A stretch of 64,000 bases of DNA from Candidatus Latescibacterota bacterium (GTDB taxonomy: Bacteria; Latescibacterota; CBDEFO01). The stretch spans positions 1,280,001 through 1,344,000 of the forward strand of contig CBDEFO010000008.1 of assembly GCA_965237525.1 (NCBI GenBank), read 5' to 3'. This document shows positions 58,938 to 64,000 of this stretch, one piece after another. The notes beneath the pieces were generated by a model. The model was not told the origin of the DNA. It made no database searches and was given only the letters and a program-made list of their open reading frames with translations. Both the position numbers and the translations under genes were made by a program. Every line of letters starts with the position of its first letter. Within the stretch, counting starts at the first letter, position 1.

Positions 58938-61900
58938 TTAAACCGCTCCCTGGAATCGGATCATCGGGTCCCGCCGGTGTAATCCCCGAAATAGACCTTA
59001 CGACGTTGGTCAGCGCTGAATCTGAATAGACTGTGAACGTGTAAGTCAACACAGATAGAGTGTCACGCAGTCCCGGAGAGGCCTGGCTTATCAAAAGGTT
59101 GGGAGTCTGAGTCCTAACATTCTCTTCTGCGCCGACAATCGGACGTCCTAAATCAGGATCTGGTCCTATACCTATGATCCCGGGAGCCGTCGCAACGTTT
59201 CCAACAGCCGGAATAGGATCCACCTGAGCGATGTCGGATTCTGCCGAGTTGGTCGCCCTGTCGAACGCCACCACCTTATACGCGTACTCCGAGCCGTTCT
59301 CAAGCCCTACATCACGGAATGTCGTGTCCGTAACACCTGTCGCTATGCTTGCAAAGCTTGCGTCACCCACAGACCTTAGGACCTGATAAGACGCAAAGTC
59401 AAGATCTACGTTCTGCTTCCAACTCAGAAAGACCTCTCTGTCTCCACCTATGGACTTTACCTCTTCTGGCCTCTGGGGAGGAGTCACATCCGCCTCTGGC
59501 ACAAATGAGAGTATTTCGCTCTGGGCCACATTCGGGGGATCGGTTACATCTTCAGATCCAACCCTGTAGGAGTATGTAATTCCGCTCCTCAAGCCCGTCA
59601 AAGTGACTCTGTGCCTTATGATGTTCTCCGCGCTTCCTGCAACACTGAATCCCACTCCTGACTCCAGAGTCGACCGCGTGGTGTCGAAATCCACAAAGCT
59701 GTTGGAGAGTTCATCCGTAATCCACTCTACAGTCGCTGTCGAATCGGAAAGAGAGGTCACAAACTGAGCTTCCGCCCCTTCCCTTCCCGAAACATCTCTT
59801 ATTGCTGGGGGTATAATGTCAATCTCAGTCGCCGTCGTGAAGGTCGTAGCAAATGAAGAAGGACCGTTGCCACTTATGTCTGTAGAAGAAACGGCAGTGG
59901 TATATTCCGTCCCCAGCTCCAAACCCGTTAAGGTCACCCTGTGATCGATCACATTTCTTTCGTCTTCTCTCAAGAGCGTATCCCCTCCCGCAGTGAAGAA
60001 CTCCACCACACTGTTGGCAAGCTCATCCGTCCTCCACGCAAGGGTCGCCTGATTCGTCGTTTTACCTTCTACACTCACGTCCAGTACCTTGGGAGGAGTC
60101 ACATCTGGCTCTATCACTGTCGAAAAGACCGAAAGATCGCTGAACGTAGGTCCGTTGTCGTTCGGGTCAGTCGAAGAGACTTGAAAGTCGAAGGTCAACC
60201 CTTCGGGCAGATCTGTCACCAACACAATGTGATCCACGACGTCCTGGCCAAACTCCGTCCGGAACTCGAACGTCGGCTCTTCCTGTAAAGCTCCGAAGAC
60301 CTTGCCCTCTACGGTAGTATCGGCCGGAGTGAACTCTATCACACTGTCTGAAAGCTCATTAGTAGGCCAGCTCAATGTGGCGCTGTTTTCCGTGATTGAC
60401 AGCAGCGATGGATCAGTCAGTATGATGGGAGGGTCTGTATCCTCGATAAAAGATGTAGTAAACGATCCCCTGCCGCCGGGCGGTTGGAAGACTGCCTTTG
60501 CCAGGATTCCATTTGCGGCGTTCTCCCTTGCAAATTTAGGCCTTATGCCTGGTACGGGAAAGCTAACGAAGTTTCCAGACCTATCGGCAGAGATTATTAT
60601 AACTTCATACTCCGTCCCTCTCACAAGACCCGTCACCACAACGGAGTGATCTTTCACAAAGCGAGTGTCACCTAAAAAGTCGAAGGATGGACTCCCCGCC
60701 GCTCTTATAAACACCTCGCTCGTAGAAGGTTCGTTGGTCCTCCATACCCACACAGCCTTCGTAGCGCTCACGTAGTCTGCACTCGGACGCTTCTCAAAAG
60801 TGGGCGGATCCGTATCCCTCTCCCTGAGAGTCTTGAACTCGAAGGTATTGCCTGCCCTCGGCTTGAATTGAGACGCATCCGGTGCGGTCCTATTTCGTGC
60901 CTCTATCAGGTAAAAGTAGACTGTGTTGGTAGTCAGATTCGTCAAGATCACCGAGTGATCCTTCGTAAAGTTCGGATCCGATACGGTCCTGACATCCTTG
61001 TTCGTTACAATATCGGGCTTTGCTGAGCCTTCATCAGTACCCTTGAATCGGAGAACAAAATCAGATGGATCGTCCGTGCTCCATTTTATCGTGACCGTGT
61101 TCACATCCACGCCTGTCCTATCTCTGACCTTAGCGGGAACCGGACCTCTTACTAGCGAAGGCGGAGTTAAATCTACCGTATCCGTAGTCCTGAAGCTTTT
61201 GACTGCGCTTCGTACCTCGCTGCCCTCAGAGACCACCCTGTAAAAAATTTGGGTGCCGGACGGCAAACCGGTTAGGGCCACAACGTGATCAACGACCTTT
61301 TCGGATATAACCTTCCTTTCATCCAGTTGATCTTCAGCGAATCCGAAATTCACTATCGAGTTGGCAGACTTATTCGTAGTCCAGGATATCTGAGCCGAGC
61401 TCGTATCAGCAAAGTCCAGAATAGGGCCCTCAGTAATCAAGAGCGGTAGAGTTACTCCTCTTGTCCTGAACCTCAGTATATCCGAGGTTATCTCCTCCCT
61501 GTCCAGTGCTATTGAAGTAACTGTGTAAAAGTATTGGTTTGCCGGTTTCAGCTCTGTCAAGTCGCCGCTGTGCTTTAGGACGTTTTCCGAGTCCACAAAC
61601 AACTGAATCAAAGAATCCGGAGACGTCCCGTACAATATCCTCGTGTCTGAGATCTTGTTAGTTGTATAGACAATCGTAACCTCACTCGTGTCGATACCGG
61701 AGGCAAAGGGAGGCTCGGTTATCTCCAGAGGTATGATCTGCACAGGTGCAAGCGTCGTAAAGGAATCCACGCCCGAAACCGTTTCGTTGTCCGCAAGGTC
61801 TGCCACAGTGGCCTGGAAGAAGTACGTCGTAGCTGTATCCAGAAAAGTCGCTGTATTCGCATGCTTATCGCTCGTCGCAGCCCCAATGAGCACTTGACCG

Positions 61901-63999
61901 AAATCCACCGTCCTCCCAAAGTCTATCCGGATAGTCGTAATCTCGCTAATATCCGCCCGTATCACGGCCGAATTCGTCGTCACCCCACGCACAAACGGAC
62001 CCAAAGTAAAGACAGGAGGCGTCTCGTCCGGGCCCAGTCTTGTCTTAACTTGAATTATGCCGCTTTCCACAACGTTATCATCTAAATCGGTAGCCGTAAC
62101 TATCAACTCGTGCAAAGTATCTGAGGTCAGGTCAGACAGCGTGATGTTATGTCTTCTGGCAAGATCGCTTTGCTCTCCTATCACATCTTCGGGAGCGGCC
62201 ACGCTGTATATCTTTACCTCCACCTGTGCCAGCCTGTTTAGCCCTACGACCATGGTCGCCGTCACGTCAGTAACATTGACCACTGTCGGGTCCTCAACGA
62301 ACCTGACCGAAGGCAGTATAATCTTCTTAGTCGTCTCAAATACGTCTCGGCTTATGGCCTGATTTCCCGCCAGGTCAAAGATCCTCACGCTTATCCTGTA
62401 CCTTACATTAGCCTCCAATCCGCCCACGATAAGCCTATGACCTATCTTGGGCTCTGGCGGCGTTGCCACTGAGTCCAGAGCACCCGTCTCCGTATTTTCG
62501 AACCTCACGAATCCTGTATGCAGCTCGGTTGCGCCCCAGAAGACTGTCAGAGTGCTATCCGATGCGCCGACAATTTTCGGTTCAGGTCTAAACGAAGGGG
62601 GAAACCTGTCCTGAACCACCAAAATTCCCTCTGCTCTTCCGACCCCACGCCTTGCTTTCCTGCCCAGCGGATCGGGATTTACCACTATCACATCGTAGAT
62701 CCCTGGATCTAAACCTCCAGGTACAGTAGCTGAGATCGAAACTGAGTCTATGACATTCACCCTTGTCAATGGCACACTCGCCGCACCAGCCCTGCCTATT
62801 TGCGCCAAAGTGCCCTCCCGGAAATCGGCCCCCTCGATAACCACATCTGTCGCCACGTCATTTCCAACCGTATCAGGGCTTATGCCCACCACCTGGGGAG
62901 CGGGAAACTCCGCAACCGATAGTCCGCCCTCCAAGACCCCTCTTTGACCGTCTGGATTAACAACTATCACATCGTAGTTACTATCAGGGAAGGTCCCGCT
63001 TATCCTGGCCTGGAGTTCCGTGCCGCTTACGAACTCGACCGGAGTAAGCCGAAATATATTGTCTGCGTTGTCGTTTATCCGCACGGCTGCACCATCTACA
63101 AAATTAGCTCCGGTAATGGTCAAAACGACATTGGTCACTATAAACACAGTGGCAGGGTCAACACCATCAACTATCGGAGCCGGAAGGATTACGGTCAAGG
63201 CGCCCTCAAGCGTCGCACTGCCCGGGAGCGCATCTATGGTAACATCGTAGGTACCAGGCGCCAGACCCGCAGGGACCGTCGCCGTCACTCTCCTCAAATC
63301 TACTGGAGTAACATCGGAAAGAGCTGTTCCGCCTATTGTCACCCCTGTAATAGGAGCCACGAAGTTAGCTCCCAAAAGCGTTATAGTCCTTGCTGAATCG
63401 TTTACGACAATAGCCGGTTCTACAGCTGCCAGAATCACCTGCCCCACTATGACCCCTAAAATCCCGGCGCCTGTGGCACTTTGACCGTCGGGGTTAGTCA
63501 CAGTCACATCCCTCGTCCCCACGGGAAGTCCAAGACCACCGAGGGCCCTCAGCTCTGTACTGCTTATAAACTCCACGTCCCTCAAAGCCACGCCGTCCAC
63601 GGTTACCTGGGGAGGTGCGGGGCGATCGAAGAAGTTCGCACCCGTAATACTAAATGTCGTGTCCCTGTCGTTCACCACTGTACTAGGCTGGATAGCAGTC
63701 ACACTCGGGGCCGCAAGCTGCAGCACCACTACCGCTGCCTCTAAAGTTCCGCTCAGAACGTCGGGGTTCGTCACCACCAGATCTTGTGGCCCTTCAAGCG
63801 CCACTGATTGTGTCCCTGAGAGCGTTCCCCTCAATTCTGTTCTGTTTATAAAGATGACATCCAGATCCACACCTCCCAGAGTCGCAGTCGCCCCCTCCTT
63901 GAAGTTCTGGCCCCTGATCGTCAAGCGCGCATCTATCCTTGCAATTACGGTATCAGGAGTGACAGACTGAGGGTTTGGAGGAAGTGCCGTCACCGTCAA
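58927..63999 (-). pseudogene. Giant extracellular protein with IPT/TIG and fibronectin-III (purple-acid-phosphatase-N-like) repeats; N-terminus probably outside the window, truncated by IS1182
   Basis: Repeated ITGANF...DVTVTNPDG (IPT) and WTTN..S.S.V.FG...H.V.LTGL...T.Y.Y (FN3); the stop codon is supplied by the IS end. Confidence 0.85.
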
Positions 64000-64000
64000 A

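Noticed and set aside
57415..58941. Mismatched IS flanks (TTAG/TTAA) as evidence of a large deletion or rearrangement
   Set aside because: Joining the flanks restores a continuous, sensible reading frame, so a one-base difference in the duplication is enough
1..64000. tRNA, rRNA or riboswitch genes
   Set aside because: None recognisable by eye; a covariance-model search (tRNAscan-SE, Infernal/Rfam) is needed to exclude them

Overview
Bacterial chromosomal window. The gene content (dockerin-like EF-hand modules, a FlgD-Ig/T9SS-like C-terminal tail, a peptidase-PD40-Omp85 protein) suggests an FCB-group lineage such as Latescibacterota; this is an inference. It holds tsf-pyrH-frr, rsgA, queA, rarA and radC, a mosaic accessory region of oxidoreductases, hydrolases and pseudogenes (10-31 kb), an Omp85-family gene and ftsY, a ~19.5-kb Wzx/Wzy-type surface polysaccharide locus with a carbamoyltransferase, and a >1,900-aa IPT/FN3 surface-protein gene split by an IS. 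Mobile DNA is abundant: three IS1182-like copies with a TTAA target, an unclassified DDE IS plus a deleted relative, two copies of a ~250-bp MITE, and GTAG- and GTC-tagged REP-like hairpins. The most unusual signal is a 19-bp imperfect palindrome, CCCGAT(T/A)GANTC(T/A)ATCGGG, present about 17-18 times at 11 sites. Filled versus empty comparisons within the window show it inserts at C|G with a net gain of about 19 bp and no target duplication. It nests inside itself up to 3-4 levels deep, supplies stop codons to two genes, and sits inside one intact enzyme gene.
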